A stretch of DNA of 64,000 bases from Obrimoposthia wandeli (Eukaryota), in the NCBI GenBank assembly GCA_977020255.1, contig CDROCS010001717.1, positions 248,001 to 312,000 of the forward strand, written 5' to 3'. This document shows positions 11,027 to 24,329 of the stretch, one piece after another. A model generated the notes under the pieces. That model was not told the origin of the DNA. It made no database searches and saw only the letters and a program-made list of their open reading frames with translations. Positions within the stretch are counted from its first letter, which is position 1. Each line of letters opens with the position of its first letter. Made by a program: the position numbers and the translations under genes.

Positions 11027-14000
11027 TGTAATGAAGCTACTAATTGAATTATTACACAACAAATATTATTAATAAAACTTGCATAAACACAACACAAAGG
11101 AGGAAAAGAAAGTGCAGGTGATAATGGGGTCACAACTTTAACTTTTCCCCTAAGTTATGGAGTAACAAAAGAGTAACAAAGGTATGAAAGATAGTGAAGA
11201 TTTTATAGTAGTTATCTTCGTCCTCAAAGATGATATCCGAGTTTATGACGTGTAGTTGTGTGTTATCAGAATGGGTTGTATGCGTGTGAATTTTACTTGT
11301 TTCTTGATTTCGAAGGGATTGTTGTTTTTGTGTTTCTGTTGTTTATGAGTGTTGCTATTTGTTTTTTATTTACTAAAGTGGTGTTGTTGTTTTCATTTAT
11401 GATATTGTACGGTCCTCTATATTTTGATTCCAGTTGACGGGAGTTTCTAAGTTTGATGAATGTTTGTTTGTTTTTGAGTATGGGAATGAGGGTTGGTGTA
11501 TTGTTGTGTCTTGTTTGTGTGGTTATTCGTGGGATGTGGTTTTTAAATAGTTGTTGTCTTTGTTGTGAGGTGTGTTGCGTATTCCCATCATGATTCAGTG
11601 AATTGTGTTTGGCCAGTTGTGTAGTTGTTGTAACCATGCTAAACTATCTTTGATGCGTCGATGAAGTCGTTCGATCTTTCCGTTGGTTTGTGGGTTGTAC
11701 GTGGTGGTTTTAATGTTCGTGATGTTGTGGGTTTTACAGTATCCGTTGAAAGTTTCGCTTATGAATTGTCGCCCTTCATCTGTTATGATTTTAGTAGAAA
11801 ATCCAAATAGAGTACATCAGTGTTTGTGCATTTTGTTAATTATGGTTTGTGTGAATATGTTGTATGTAGTGGCAATGGTCCTACGAGATCTGTATGTATG
11901 GTGTGGTAAGGCGTGTCGCAGGTTTAATGTAAGTTTTTTGTGGTGTTGTGTTTTTGGGATTTGTATAAATTGAAAGATGAACATGATTTGATGAAGTTTT
12001 TTGTATCTTTTCTCATGTTGGGCCATATATAATGGTATTTTATGAGCTCTTATGTATCTTTGATTCTTGGATGATGGATGTTGTGAAAGTATGCAATGCA
12101 TCCCTGGTTTAATTCTCGTAGTAGTATGATTCTTGTGATGCCTGTGTTTGTAGTGTCATGCCATATGTTCTAGTATAGAGTGAAATTATATGTATTGTGT
12201 GTGGATTTACGTAAGTCTTCTTTGCCAATGAGTTCGTTTTTTTGGAAAAAATTTTCCATAGTATTTATAGTGTTTGTTTCGTCTAAATCGGATGTTCTGG
12301 ATAATGTGTCTGCAATAATGTTTGTGGAACGTGGAATATACTTGATGTCTGTGTTGAATTGTGATATGTAATTTAACTATCTTTGTTGTCATGCTGTAGA
12401 AGTTTCTAAATGTGTAATTAATGTATTGTTGGTTTATGATCTTTGTAGGTGATGAAAATTTTGTCGATTAGTTGTTCGAAGTGATTGATGGCTTGATATA
12501 TGCTTAGTAGTTCGCGGTCATATGTTGAATACTTAGTTTGATGAGTCTTAAGTTTTTTGGAGACGAAAGCTAATGGTGATGTTATTTTTTATAATCGGAT
12601 TTAATACTGCTCCGATGGCTAAGTTGGAATCGTCGCTAGTTAAAGTTATTTCCGCATTGTGTGTTGGACTTGTTAAAGTGGTGGTAGTTATGTGTGCTTC
12701 TTTTGCGTTGTTGAAATCTTGAAGTTGTTGATCGTTTAGTCTCATTTTTGGGATTTTTGTTTTTAATTATATTGTTTAATGGTGCTAATAAATGTGATGC
12801 ATTTTTTATGTGTTGGTGGTAAAGATTTACCATTCCAAAGAATTTGAGTAATTGTTTAACTGTTTGTGGTCGTTGTAATTCTGATATGGTTTTGAGTTTG
12901 TTCACATTCGAGCTGATGCCATCTACGGACAACGTATAATCTAGAAAGTTTATTTTTTCCTTATTGTATGCACAGTTTTTTTGTCGTATATTTGCGTTGA
13001 ATGCAGATTGATTTGGGTATTAAGGAAATGGCAGATCCAGAATCAAGAAGAAAGCTGTATGGTGTGTTTGAAGTGTGCACCTTGAAAATAACCTTTAAGC
13101 CAGTGTATTGTGGCAATGAAATACCTGGTCTTAAGCGTTGTTTGATTATAAGCATGGAGTTTCGCATTTGTATGCTCGAGAACCGTATGTTTTGTGATAG
13201 TAACAGAGCGGGTCAGTTTTGTATGTCTCACGTGTGTCCTTGTTATGTGTGTTGAAGTGTGGTGAAACATTTCTGAAATGTGTTGCTTGGTTGTATGTAT
13301 GTTTGTATTTGGGATGTGATGAGTAGTTTGTGGAGTAAGTTTTTTTGTTGGTCTGAAATGTGGTGAATTGTTTCTTGAGTTGTTTCTGAAATAGTTTTTT
13401 TTAATTGCGGAGGTAGTCAATGGGTGATTTAGTGGCGATATTTTTATTTGTAGATATAAGTAATTGCATCAGTTTGTTGTTTTCTACTATGTTGTCGTTC
13501 ATATTTTCCAGTATTTTTATTTGCGTGTTATCTGAGTCTGAATTTCCTTTCTGATTATGTATGGTGTTGACATATTCTGTGTAGTTGTTATTATGTAATT
13601 TATCTGCCATGTCGGCTAAATGGTTGATGTTTGTGTTTGTCGATGTTATAATTTTGTCCATGGTGTGTTTTGGTAAATTTTTTAAGAATGTTTCTAATAT
13701 AATGTTTGTACTCTCGTGATTTATATAAGGGTCTAATTGTTTTAAAATATTGTTGAGTCTTTTCTATATAACTGATGGCTTTGTTTCATCAGTGACTTTT
13801 GGGTTGATAATATTTTGTAATAGTTGTATCTGTTTTTTTAGTTGACGAGTGTTGTGAGTTCTGCTATGGGTGTGTCGGAAATGAGGATGTCCTTGATTTC
13901 CTCAGCTAATTCTTTTAGGGTTTCTTCAAGTAGTTTTGAAAGTATTTTTTGCAAAATTTAATGGTCTGTTAAGTTATATTTTTATTCCAGGGTACTATGT

Positions 14001-15100
14001 GTGAGGTTTATCCCTTGATTACGTGTTGTTTTGGTCGATGAAATAAGTAGGAATTGTGATGTTTTGATTTTTGTATGGTTTTATATTGCAGTTTGTGTTA
14101 GTGTTGTTGTTTGATTGAACCTATTTTCTATTTGGCATGTTTGTTGTAGAATTAATATCAGTTGGTTTATATTTAGACTTACGAGGCTTGTGCACAAAGA
14201 TTCTAAAACCTTAATATAACAGAGTTTGTAGGGAAAATTAAATGTTGTTTTAGTATATGTAACAATAAATGTGTGTAGGGTTACTATGATGTGGTGATAT
14301 AAATACTAATCATGTAATTGTTGAAGAGCAAGGAGCAGATGAATAAAGACAGTAAAAACAGATGAATAACAACTAACCGTGATAGATTGCTAAAGTTATG
14401 TTGTCACGGTTTTCTTACTCCTGCCGGTTTGTAGAGTTGAGTAGAGTAGAGAATTGTTGAATTTGTGAACTTGTCATTGTGGTTATTACGATTGTTTCGC
14501 TGATATCTTTGCTTGTAATTGATCTGTAGGATGCGAGTTGAAGTAGTTTGGCTTTTCTGGCGTGTCTGAGTAGTTGTCAGATTGTTGAAGCAGGTTGTCG
14601 TAGATTGTGATAGTATGAGATTAAGGGAATTGAGAAGAACGAGAAAGAGATGAGGTTGTTGGATGATGAGAAGTTGTTGTTGAATTGAATGTTGGCTTTT
14701 TGGAAAGATTGCGCGAATATTTGTGATCGCTGCTAGTAAATAATATGATTTGATTTGTTTTATTTGGAATTGACTAGTTGATGGTAGTTGTTGAGTTGTA
14801 TTGGGATCTTCTTACATCAAATGTTATGCTTGAAATCGAGGTAAGACTGTAAGTAGATTGAAAAGTCTTACAAACTAATTGATTTATTTTTTAGTAATTT
14901 CAATTTCAATTAATGATAGATTCCTATCATTACAAACTACTGTAGCGAGGCTGCTAATCGAATTATTAAATTCAAATTATTCATAACGATAACAGTAAAA
15001 ACATAAAATGTACACACAGGGAATAATAACAAAAACAAAGAAACACATAATAAAATATTCATTACAACGAGAGGGTACAGGAAAGGATATAGTCATAACA
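11027..15100 (-). mobile_element. Decayed Ty3/Gypsy LTR retrotransposon (gag, protease, partial RT/RNase H, integrase)
   Basis: Protease FLLDSGSAISLIP (12961-13167), RT thumb TVKQLLKFFGMVNLY, RNase H LTSDDSNLAIGAVL, integrase fragments 11293-12101, PPT-like AGGGGAAAAG at about 11143-11151. LTR-like ends at 11027-11142 and 14941-15100 share a TAATAATTCRATTAGYAGCYTCRYTACA 3' end. Confidence 0.85.
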
Positions 15101-16713
15101 ATAAACATATATATTTAACAGCTGTAAACTGAAACTTTAGCTAAAAATATACGAAATCTCTTGAAAACTCCAGAAGATTGTTTGAACAAAATATCTTTCA
15201 GAAGATTTATAAGATATAAATCAAAACATACATTGGCTCATTAATTGAAATCAGCATCTAATATAAATCAATGATGCCACAAATACTATTTAATTACCTA
15301 CTATAGTAGGCATTCAGTCAAACACTCATGGGGAAAAATGAGTGTGTACTATTTTTCAAGTGTTTTTAGTAAAAATGAATAGTGTCGTGAAAATGCATTA
15401 GTGCTGCCATTTTTGTATAAAAAATGTGATATATAAAAAATATATCCCTTAGTCTAAAAAGTAAAATTGAAATCAGCCTACTGAATATTTCAAATGATTC
15501 AATGAGGTTATTTTTTTAAATTTTAGTGTTAGACTAAGAAAAATTGAATATAAAATAATAAAATAAAAATTTATACTAAATAAATAACTTTCTAAATTGA
15601 AGGTTATAAAATAATAAAATTAAGATAAAATAATTCTTTCAAAATAAATGGCAGCAAGAAAATGAGGACCTTGTACGGCCATGAAAATGAGTGTATAAGT
15701 AAAAAGAAGTGGAAAAAGGCCGAGGAAATAAATATTAAGTATATAATCTCGGAAGTATAAGTATAAAACAACCGTTTCGCGAGACGAGTCACCACTTTGG
15801 TTGTCCTTCTGGCTCCATTTGCCCATTTAAACTAATTGCAGATTAAACAACTTTGCATAATCAGCAATTAATCAACAAATTTGTACAAATTTGTTAAATC
15901 ATAATATTTGGATATTTTCAAAATTTGCACCAAAAAGACAATCTCGGCGAGGGGCTAAAACCCTTTTATCCTGGGGTTACATGAGCACACAGACAGGGCC
16001 AGATTCAGGCTCAAAGAGGCCTCTGGGTTAAGAATTTGTGGCTCTTTCATTAAGCAGGTTTACTCTTATGTCTATAAAAGAAATAGATATTTCTTGTGAA
16101 GCTTTATTGGTGTACAACATCAAACATTTCAACTATACGGTTTAATGATTTTGGTATTCAACAAATTTATTTTATAAGCAAATTCATGATAGTTTTATCC
16201 GAAGTTTATGCGCTCAGATGTATCTAGAATAAAAGATTGTATTACATTAACATTTTAGTATTCAAATTCAATAGAAAATTACTCTAAAACAGAGATGGTG
16301 TCCAAATACTTTATTTTTTCCCACTATTGCATCTAAAAATAAGTAAATCTCATATGTTCTTATATCTTTATTTTAACAGGACTCCAGTACATACTAGCTC
16401 TATGTAAATCCAGACTTACACACATACTATTAGCCGTAAAAGCATTTGAATAAAGAAAACTATATTTAATCGGCTATACCATTTAAAACATTGAGTTTTA
16501 CTTCTTTATTGCTTTAGGAAAAAAGCAACCATTTAAAGTAACTTTCTTTATACCGAAAGTTATGACAAATATATCGGCTGTTTATTATTTGGAATGAATG
16601 TAACTTTTTGTTTTAAAGAAAGTAATAATTTACTGTTGTCATGTCTCAGTTGTGTCATTCGAGGCTGTGTAACATCCCAATTTTATCTCATAAAAGCTCG
16701 GACATTGCAGTAG

Positions 16714-17121
16714 CGAATGCTGGTCGCTCCTCACAACCGGGTCGGTCTTGCGACCTTGACAAACCGTGAGGCCATCTACGATGGAGGTCTCCTCGGTCGC
16801 TTGATCTCTGGCGTCTCCATATCCGGCTCGACCTCATCCGGTTCCCCTAATCTAGTTCTCGGAGTCAATCTCAATGTGGTTGCCTACATCAGCCAGCTTT
16901 TCTTCAACAGCACCCGCTATAGCGCCAGTGGCATCGGCTTCAACAGCAGCAACAATGAAAATTTACCCTTCACCGTCCCCGGTAATAGGAGTGACACTGT
17001 GTTGATCATTATCTATTTGCTGCTGCCGCTCTTTTGTTGTCTGTTTCCGGCCATCATCTGGGCGATCCTGCATAAAGCCAGGCATCACCATTTCACCTAC
17101 TTGGTCACCGATAAAGTCAAG
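16714..17121 (+). CDS. Prominin-like gene, exon A (N-terminal ectodomain part and TM1)
   Basis: GC-richer open frame with N-glycosylation sequons and a hydrophobic segment VLIIIYLLLPLFCCLFPAIIW. Phase-0 donor AAG|GTTAGT at 17122. The 5' boundary (TAG acceptor at 16711-13, or ATG at 16717) is uncertain. Confidence 0.65.
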
Positions 17122-17627
17122 GTTAGTGACCTTGAGCAGAAGACGGTCGGACGTTTCTCAAACTTCAAGCTGCTTTGTACATTTCCCTACATTCCAACAA
17201 CCCTCCCCAAATATATCAACTCGACAAAAAACTACTCCAAAATAAACTAACGTAGATATACATATAAATTCACTCTATAACTTAACATAAGAACAAAGGC
17301 AAAAATCATTCTGAACAATACTGCGTGTTCAATTGTGAAGCCGTTCTAACATACAATATTGTAAGATCATACATAAGGCATGTCTTTTACCACACAGAAA
17401 CTCTTCCATTGTTTTGCACTCAAACACTTTATCGTTGCAAATATTTCCAAGCCGTTGTTTATAATGGTAGACTCAAAGATAGACTCAATCGATGTACTAA
17501 TAGATAAATGGTTGTGACCTACACGACTCAAACCCAATACCCAAACAATGAAATTTTGTAGTGCATCCAATTATCGGATATGTCAAGATTTTCCATCAAT
17601 GAATATGGGTTTACAGATAACATTTCA

Positions 17628-18800
17628 TAGGCTGGTGCATAATAAATAGCGTATTTTGAAAACCAATTTCCACAAAAATTAAATCGAAAGTATACATCAA
17701 TTCTAATAGGGTTTTGTATTAATCATAGAAGTTCAAATATATACAAAATTGTTATGCCTATATACAAACATTTATTTAACATAATGACCATCCTAATCGA
17801 TGACTACCTTGAGATTGCTTGTCCATCATTTCTTTGGTAAACGTAGGAAGTTGATTTACCAGGAATTCTTGTAGGTTCTCTTTGTCGTTAAAATCAGGAT
17901 TATTTCTTCGAAGTGATTCCAGTTGTGGTAAAATAAATCGATCACACATATTGGTGACTGGTGAGTAGGAGGATCGCTTGAGTAAACGGATATACTTTTT
18001 ATTTATTAACCAAAACCGTTGATGGTTTTTTGTTTAATGCAAATATTCGATATATTCGACATATTGGGATTATATAGATATGTTACAAAAGCTATGTCAT
18101 TTAAAAATGAAGCAACATATTTTTATTAACGAAACAATATACTTTTAAGTATCATTATATTCTAGAATCTAGATGAACAAAATAGTCACCTTTATGTCCA
18201 ACAGTTTTGAGATGTATCAGGAAAAAGTTGAAATGTCTTTTGAACAAATTCAATATGTTTTCGTTTTGAAAGAGTTCACCTAACTGAAGGCAAAGGTTTA
18301 TCCAACTCTTATTTCCAAATGCTCTACCATTGTCCCGATAAATCCATTCTTCATCCATTGTTATACATTGACTAAGAAAGTTGTTGTTTCAGCACAGTGA
18401 AAATAACTATCTTGAAATATCAAGTCGTCATTTAACTTACGAGGAATCGTCTAGTCATTGTTTAAATACTCACCACGCCATGCAATGACCTTGGTTCATC
18501 TCATATGCAATACTTCGCATAGTAGCACTTTGTAACAGCTTGTTTCTGTTAAGCTAACTCCAAAGAGGGTTGACCAATACGTTTTTCTTCTGTTGAGAAG
18601 TTGCCTTCATTATATTTCTTGGATAACCTTTCGTATGACTGTCCAGAAACTGCATTAACTCCTAGTACTTCATTTATCTCTTTCATGATTTCAGTGGTAG
18701 TCGTCTTTCTAATCCAGCAATAACAAATAAGTTTTCTATCATATGATGTACTGAAATCCATTTTAAAATATGGCCAATATCGAATTATTGACTTAGAATT
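17628..18800 (-). mobile_element. Decayed mariner transposon
   Basis: N-terminal RKLICYCW..TTTEIMKEINEVLG (18549-18761), catalytic ITMDEEWIYRDN (about 18360), terminus TA|GGCTGGTGCATAATAAATAG at 17628. Confidence 0.75.
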
Positions 18801-19099
18801 TTCTATAGTTTGTACATCAAAACAAAAATTAATTGAATGAATCTGTTGTAAAGATAATTTTATAAGGATTTTTTTTTGATATTATATATTTGAGCCCTAA
18901 ATCGGGATTTTAAACCAAATTGTTCAAACACAAATATTTCCACAGTATTACTTGCGCTGCACTCAAACAAAAACTTTCTTAGTCAATGCAAAGCAATGAA
19001 CAAGGCATGAATTTATTGTAACAATTATGGAGCATTTGAAAATAAGAGTTGGAGAGGAACCGGATATGAACATTTGGCCTTTGTTAGGTGAGCTATTTC

Positions 19100-19560
19100 A
19101 AATCGAAAACAGTTGATATCCATGTTTGGGATTCGAATAATCTTTACTAATGCTTCAATCAACTCATCATTTTACTGTAACCAAAGGGATAAATTGACTG
19201 CTGCTATAAGAGCAAAGCGAAGACGTTTGTTTAATCAAGGAGTACACAATATAAGCATTCACTTGCATGAGAATGGCAGCACCCACACAGTCTGAGTGTT
19301 TCAAGATAATCTCAATAATTTTGCTTTTAGTTTTCTTCCTCATTCTCCGTAATTTTGGACTTAGACCACTATGATTTATATTTGTTCCACCCCCGAAAGT
19401 TCAATACGTCAAAGAAATTTAAAGATTCTATTGAAGTAATCGAGGTTCTCCATAACTTGTTGACCTTATCTGCATGTTTTCAAAAGGCATTTTAACTTCT
19501 TCCTAATAGATGGCGAAAGTGTATTCGACAAAATCGTGATTATTTTGTTCAGCTAAAAGA
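19100..19560 (+). mobile_element. mariner transposase C-terminal remnant
   Basis: LHLHENGSTH (HDNA motif region), LPHSP (HPPYSPD region) and LPNRWRKCIRQNRDYF. Confidence 0.6.
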
Positions 19561-20799
19561 TAATGATACAGACATTGTTAATAAAAATGAGCAGTTTTAA
19601 TTTTAAGCTACATAACTTGTGAAACAGACAAAATTAGAACAACTAACTACTGCTTTTTTAAATCAAAAGATCGGGAGAAAATATCTTGTTAGGGATGTTT
19701 ATTTTCATTAGAGATGAAACCTCGAGTCAACCTGCATGTTTGTAATAATTTTTAATTTTCCGTTGAATATGATATATTGGAAAAGGGAATTTTTGGTCTT
19801 ACGAAAGTTTCCAATTCACTGGAAATTGAATGAGCTTACATATGGATTTCTAATCAATTTGTGACTTTAATTAAATCTGTGTCAAGTTAAAGCAAACAGT
19901 TCTCTAAGGGACGATTGGATTTGGTGTTTGCACAAGCCATCAAACATCGGATGGTTTCGTTTGGTTTCCATAACAACCGTGATTGATTCCACTCGACTTT
20001 TAGCCCCTTGTCCTGCTTTACAATTGAAAATCGTCTGTATTCTGGTGAGCTTTTGTTGATGGAGGTTTTCTTTTTGTCGAAACATAAGTTTCTAAGTGGT
20101 TTCACACCAATACTAGTTACTAAGGGTACCTATAAATAGATGGGATTCATATTGCGTTTATCAAACTTTCTCTGATCTATTCAGATCGTGATCTGAGGAC
20201 AAACAAAAATATGTACAGTCAGACCGGTCTAATGTGAACCACGTCTAACATGAACATTTTATATTATGAACACTACGAAAATTTTAGACATTTTTTACCG
20301 TATAAAGAATAATTATATTTTGTACAGTACACAGTGAAAATAAAGATATTTTTGTTGTTGTTGAAACCATTATATAGTTATACAGCATTTTTAACTGTAA
20401 AAATTATACTTTAAAATGAATGTTTTTTTTAAATTGTTTCTGAAGTAAATGTTTTTAAAATTTTAAAATATGCATAAAAAACAACTAAATGATTGGACTA
20501 TTGGAAAAAAGAAAAAAACAGTCAACGAGCTTAAGCTACTTATTTTAAAGTACTGTTGGATAGTATAAACTCAATAATAAAAAGTTAGCTCGAAATTATG
20601 AAGAAAATAAAAATGCAGCAATAAGAAAATGTCCGTTAGCAAATTTTTATTTTAGCAAAGGTATTTGAAATTGTTCAAATTAAAAGGGAAAATACCCTAT
20701 TATCTGAAGATATGATAAGCATTATTGTTTTGTTGTGTTTATTAAATATTAAAATCAATATATTGAGAGTTAATTTTTTTACAAATAGATATACCTAGT

Positions 20800-21200
20800 T
20801 TATATTGAAAATGATTTTATTATAATAAATATTAAGATTTAGAAAGTTTGTGTAAGGGAATTTTTGGTCTACAAAAATTAGGCATAACTTTGATTAAAGT
20901 TCACAAATGATCAAGATTAGATTTTTCAAAGAAGAACTTTTAAGTAAGTCCCAGTTATATACAATTATGTTTTCCGATTGAAAAAGATTTTACTTAGAAG
21001 ATTCTGATGGATTTTATTCTTAGGGACACGATGAAAATACACAAAATTAATTTTTGAAAAGATAATTTTGTAAAGATATGGAGCAAGATGTCAAATTCTG
21101 AATAAATAGTAATTTCATTCATCGATGGAAATATAAATATGGAAAAATATGTACATTTTTTAATGGAGAATATGTTTCTAACCTGAATTGATTTCTCTAT
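20800..21200 (+). mobile_element. Tc1-like transposase remnant
   Basis: MFSDxKRFYLEDSDGFYSxGHD at about 20967 resembles the Tc1/Tc3 VFSDEKKFNLDGPDG motif. Confidence 0.55.
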
Positions 21201-21455
21201 AAAATGTGGTAAATTGTTCAGCGAGTAAATAAACTACTTTAAAAAAACTACTTAAAAAAACTACTTAATTAAGCTACTTAAAATTTTAAATACATAATAC
21301 CCCTTCAAAAATTCTTAATTTAGTTATCGAGATTGATTACGAGCCTTGATGATTCAGTGACAGAGTGTACAACTTGCAATTAATGAGACTTGTAGTCATA
21401 GTAAATAATTTCTTCCCTAACCGAATATATCAAATTTCAATGATTAACTGTGCAG

Positions 21456-21678
21456 ATGCTATTTCGCTTGCGCTTTAATAAGGTGATGGGGATGGACAGA
21501 GTTGTCAAATTCAGCACACCAGCCAAGCGACAATCGAGCCAGAAGAAGACGCTGTTCATACGGATTCTTATCTGTTTCTGCGGTTGGGTGATGTTAGTAA
21601 CTTTTGTGTTCGCCTATTGCTTCGCATTTGCTGCGATCGTGGATGTGGACTACAGTCTTCAGAAAAGACCTCATACAA
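21456..21678 (+). CDS. Prominin-like gene, exon B (cytoplasmic loop and TM2)
   Basis: Acceptor TGCAG|ATG (phase 0), TM segment FIRILICFCGWVMLVTFVFAYCFAFAAIV, donor A|GTATGA (phase 1). Confidence 0.7.
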
Positions 21679-21841
21679 GTATGAAAATCCGGATTTGTGT
21701 TCTAGTCTATGGCTTAGGGTGTACTAAACCCTCAATCATATTCACTGCACTTTATCAGTGATCTCAAACTGGTGTCACATGAATACAAGGTTGTCAGATA
21801 GATTTTTATTAAAATATTTGTATTGGTTTGTTAGCATAATT

Positions 21842-22030
21842 ATGGAGGAACATACAAAAGATATACGTTAGTTAATTTGTTATTGCTTCAAGCATGGTTT
21901 AAATGCATCTATAAATGCAGCTGAAATTTTAAGGCGAATCTATTTTGAAAATCTCTATGATATTGGTTATACTTTCCACATCTCACTTATTCACCGGATA
22001 TGGCTGCCAACGATTAACATATATTTATTT
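21842..22030 (+). mobile_element. Internally deleted mariner remnant
   Basis: MEEHTKDIRxLICYCFKHGLNASINAAEI is joined directly to PHLTYSPDMAAND. Confidence 0.55.
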
Positions 22031-22449
22031 CAATGAAATGTAAACCGAAAGATATTAATTTTGAAATCGTCCCGGTAACTACAAGATGCTTTTTTTGAAA
22101 CGGTTTGCTTCACAAGCACACATTAATTTTTCAGTAACCATTCACTCTTGTACCAAAAAGATGACAATACGTAATCGACAATTATTTTGATTAATTTGAC
22201 TAAACTTTTTACACTTGAGGTGTATTTTTGGATAATAAAATTCAGTCAAAACTCATCCAACAGCTTTAAATAGATATGGATATTATGGTTGGGATCAGAG
22301 TTAATTCATTTTTTAGGAAGCCTCTAGCTCATGAGTTCTGAACAGTATAGTATATGTGTGCATCGCCTATCCTGATTCTTATCTCAAATCTCAAGGTTTA
22401 AATATTTTGTCTCAAAGATAGTTACTAAAATCAAATGTACATTTTCACT

Positions 22450-23450
22450 ACAATGTTTCAAAATTCAAAATATATTTATAATAGTATGACAATATGTCGA
22501 ATACATGTAGCCAATAATCAAATAATAATTTTTCCCACTTATTTGAAATAGCCAAAATTTGGGCTAACAAAAATAAATTACTTCAGAAGAAGAAAAAATT
22601 AAATGTATACATTTTTATACGGAAAAACATCAATAATTTTCTTTGACTGACGGTTTTTACATTTAAAAATATTTAAATTTATTTTACTTATTCATAAGTC
22701 GTAGAATTAGGTAAAACATAGGTTTTGTTTATCAACATTTAATAGTTAGACAAAAGATAAATAAGGTCAAGTGAATAAATAATATGTAATAATAGAAGCA
22801 CTTCTTGATAAATGGATTTTTGCAACAAACAAAAAACAAAGATAAAAAGTTTCTTTAATATTTTTAATGTAATAGCCGGCTTTAATTTGTTGACTGATTC
22901 CAACTTAAGCATTTTAACATCCGAGTTACAGGTTTCACAGATGCAGAAGGCGTTGATCGATCCTATCTTATCCTATTTGACTGACTAAAATCGTATCAAG
23001 TAGTCAAAATTTAGTAACTGAAAATCCTCGAATAAAAATGAATTGAATTTGTTGAAGACAAAATCATTTTACAGTTTCACCCAATTTGAAAGCAGTTTTG
23101 TTGCTTTATATCGCAACAAGAATTATTAAATAAAATCAATTTTCATCGATTATAATCAACTTTCTCCCATTCAGATCTAATGGACTACCAAAGTTCAATA
23201 CAAGTTTTCATTTGTGCTTCGGCCACTTTCTTTGGAATCCATACTCTACATTTCTGTTGTAGATCAAGTAATTTCGTAAAAATATCATAGATAAAGCCAT
23301 GGCTAATATTTAATCATTGGCTATTTAATTTCTTACAATTAAAGTGCTGTCACAGAAACTTTGATAGCTGATGACTTAAGACTTGTTTCATGACACCTGT
23401 AAAACAATTCAAAACGACCAATTTTTAAGGAAGTTAACAAATTTTTCAAT
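22450..23450 (-). mobile_element. Decayed mariner transposase
   Basis: Minus strand reads LNISHGFIYDIFTKLLDLQQKCRVWIPKK (HTH and WVP motif region) with many stops. Confidence 0.55.
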
Positions 23451-23903
23451 TTTTTTTAACAAAACACAATATATGTATCTGATAATTATTTATCATAGCT
23501 GGAAGTCTTATTATATTAATGAATAACTTTTATTTTAAATTAAACAATTTGTGATTGTTTAGGGCGATTTTGAAATAAACTAATGTGAAGTTAATACAAA
23601 ACGAAGCTTACAAAATTTTATAAGGTGGATTTATACATATAACCAGATCACATATATCTAGAATAGTTAAAGTATCAAAATAACATTTTTCGAAATTATT
23701 TTCCAATTATGACATCAAAAGTTCTCATGAACAAAATCGGTTAAATTTTAGTAAAATTTCACTAGGATTTTAATACCTATATTCAATCTATTAAATGAAA
23801 TACAATTTATAAAAATTTTATAGCGTTCAACTGATTTTTCATCATTTTGAATGAAAGCTATCAACCTAACCTAAAATAAATTAAAGGATTTTCAACAATT
23901 ATG

Positions 23904-24191
23904 TGTTTTACGTTTAACGACGACATTGATGTAAGAGGCAATAGAGGCAATAACTTTTATTTAACTTTTCTAATCGATCCACTTTTTAATTCAAACTTCT
24001 AAATCAATTAACATTTAACTTTTAAAACTTTACTTTGGCAACATCGATACAACTTTTAAATTAAAACCATACCATCTAAATAAATTTAGAAAACTTTGTC
24101 ATAAAAACATTTTGAATCACCAAGGTCATCTTTACTCTTTTAAACAAACTTTACATTTTAAATATTTTATATAATAAGTCGATCCTAAACA
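23904..24191 (-). repeat. 3' LTR
   Basis: Minus strand TGTTTAGGATCGAC...CGTAAAACA, immediately after the PPT. Highly similar to 29556-29853. Confidence 0.9.
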
Positions 24192-24329
24192 TCCTCCCTC
24201 CTTTGATCTAACTATATGAACCTTAACCTAGCCTATTCCGATACAGTTTATGATCATGCCGGATCATACTTTGATGCAATTTTAGATTATTCCGGATCAT
24301 ACTTCACCTTATTTTGTTGGTAGCTTCGG

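Noticed and set aside
15994-16560. hAT element starting CAGGGCCAGATT
   Set aside because: Only one TIR-like end and no convincing transposase motif.
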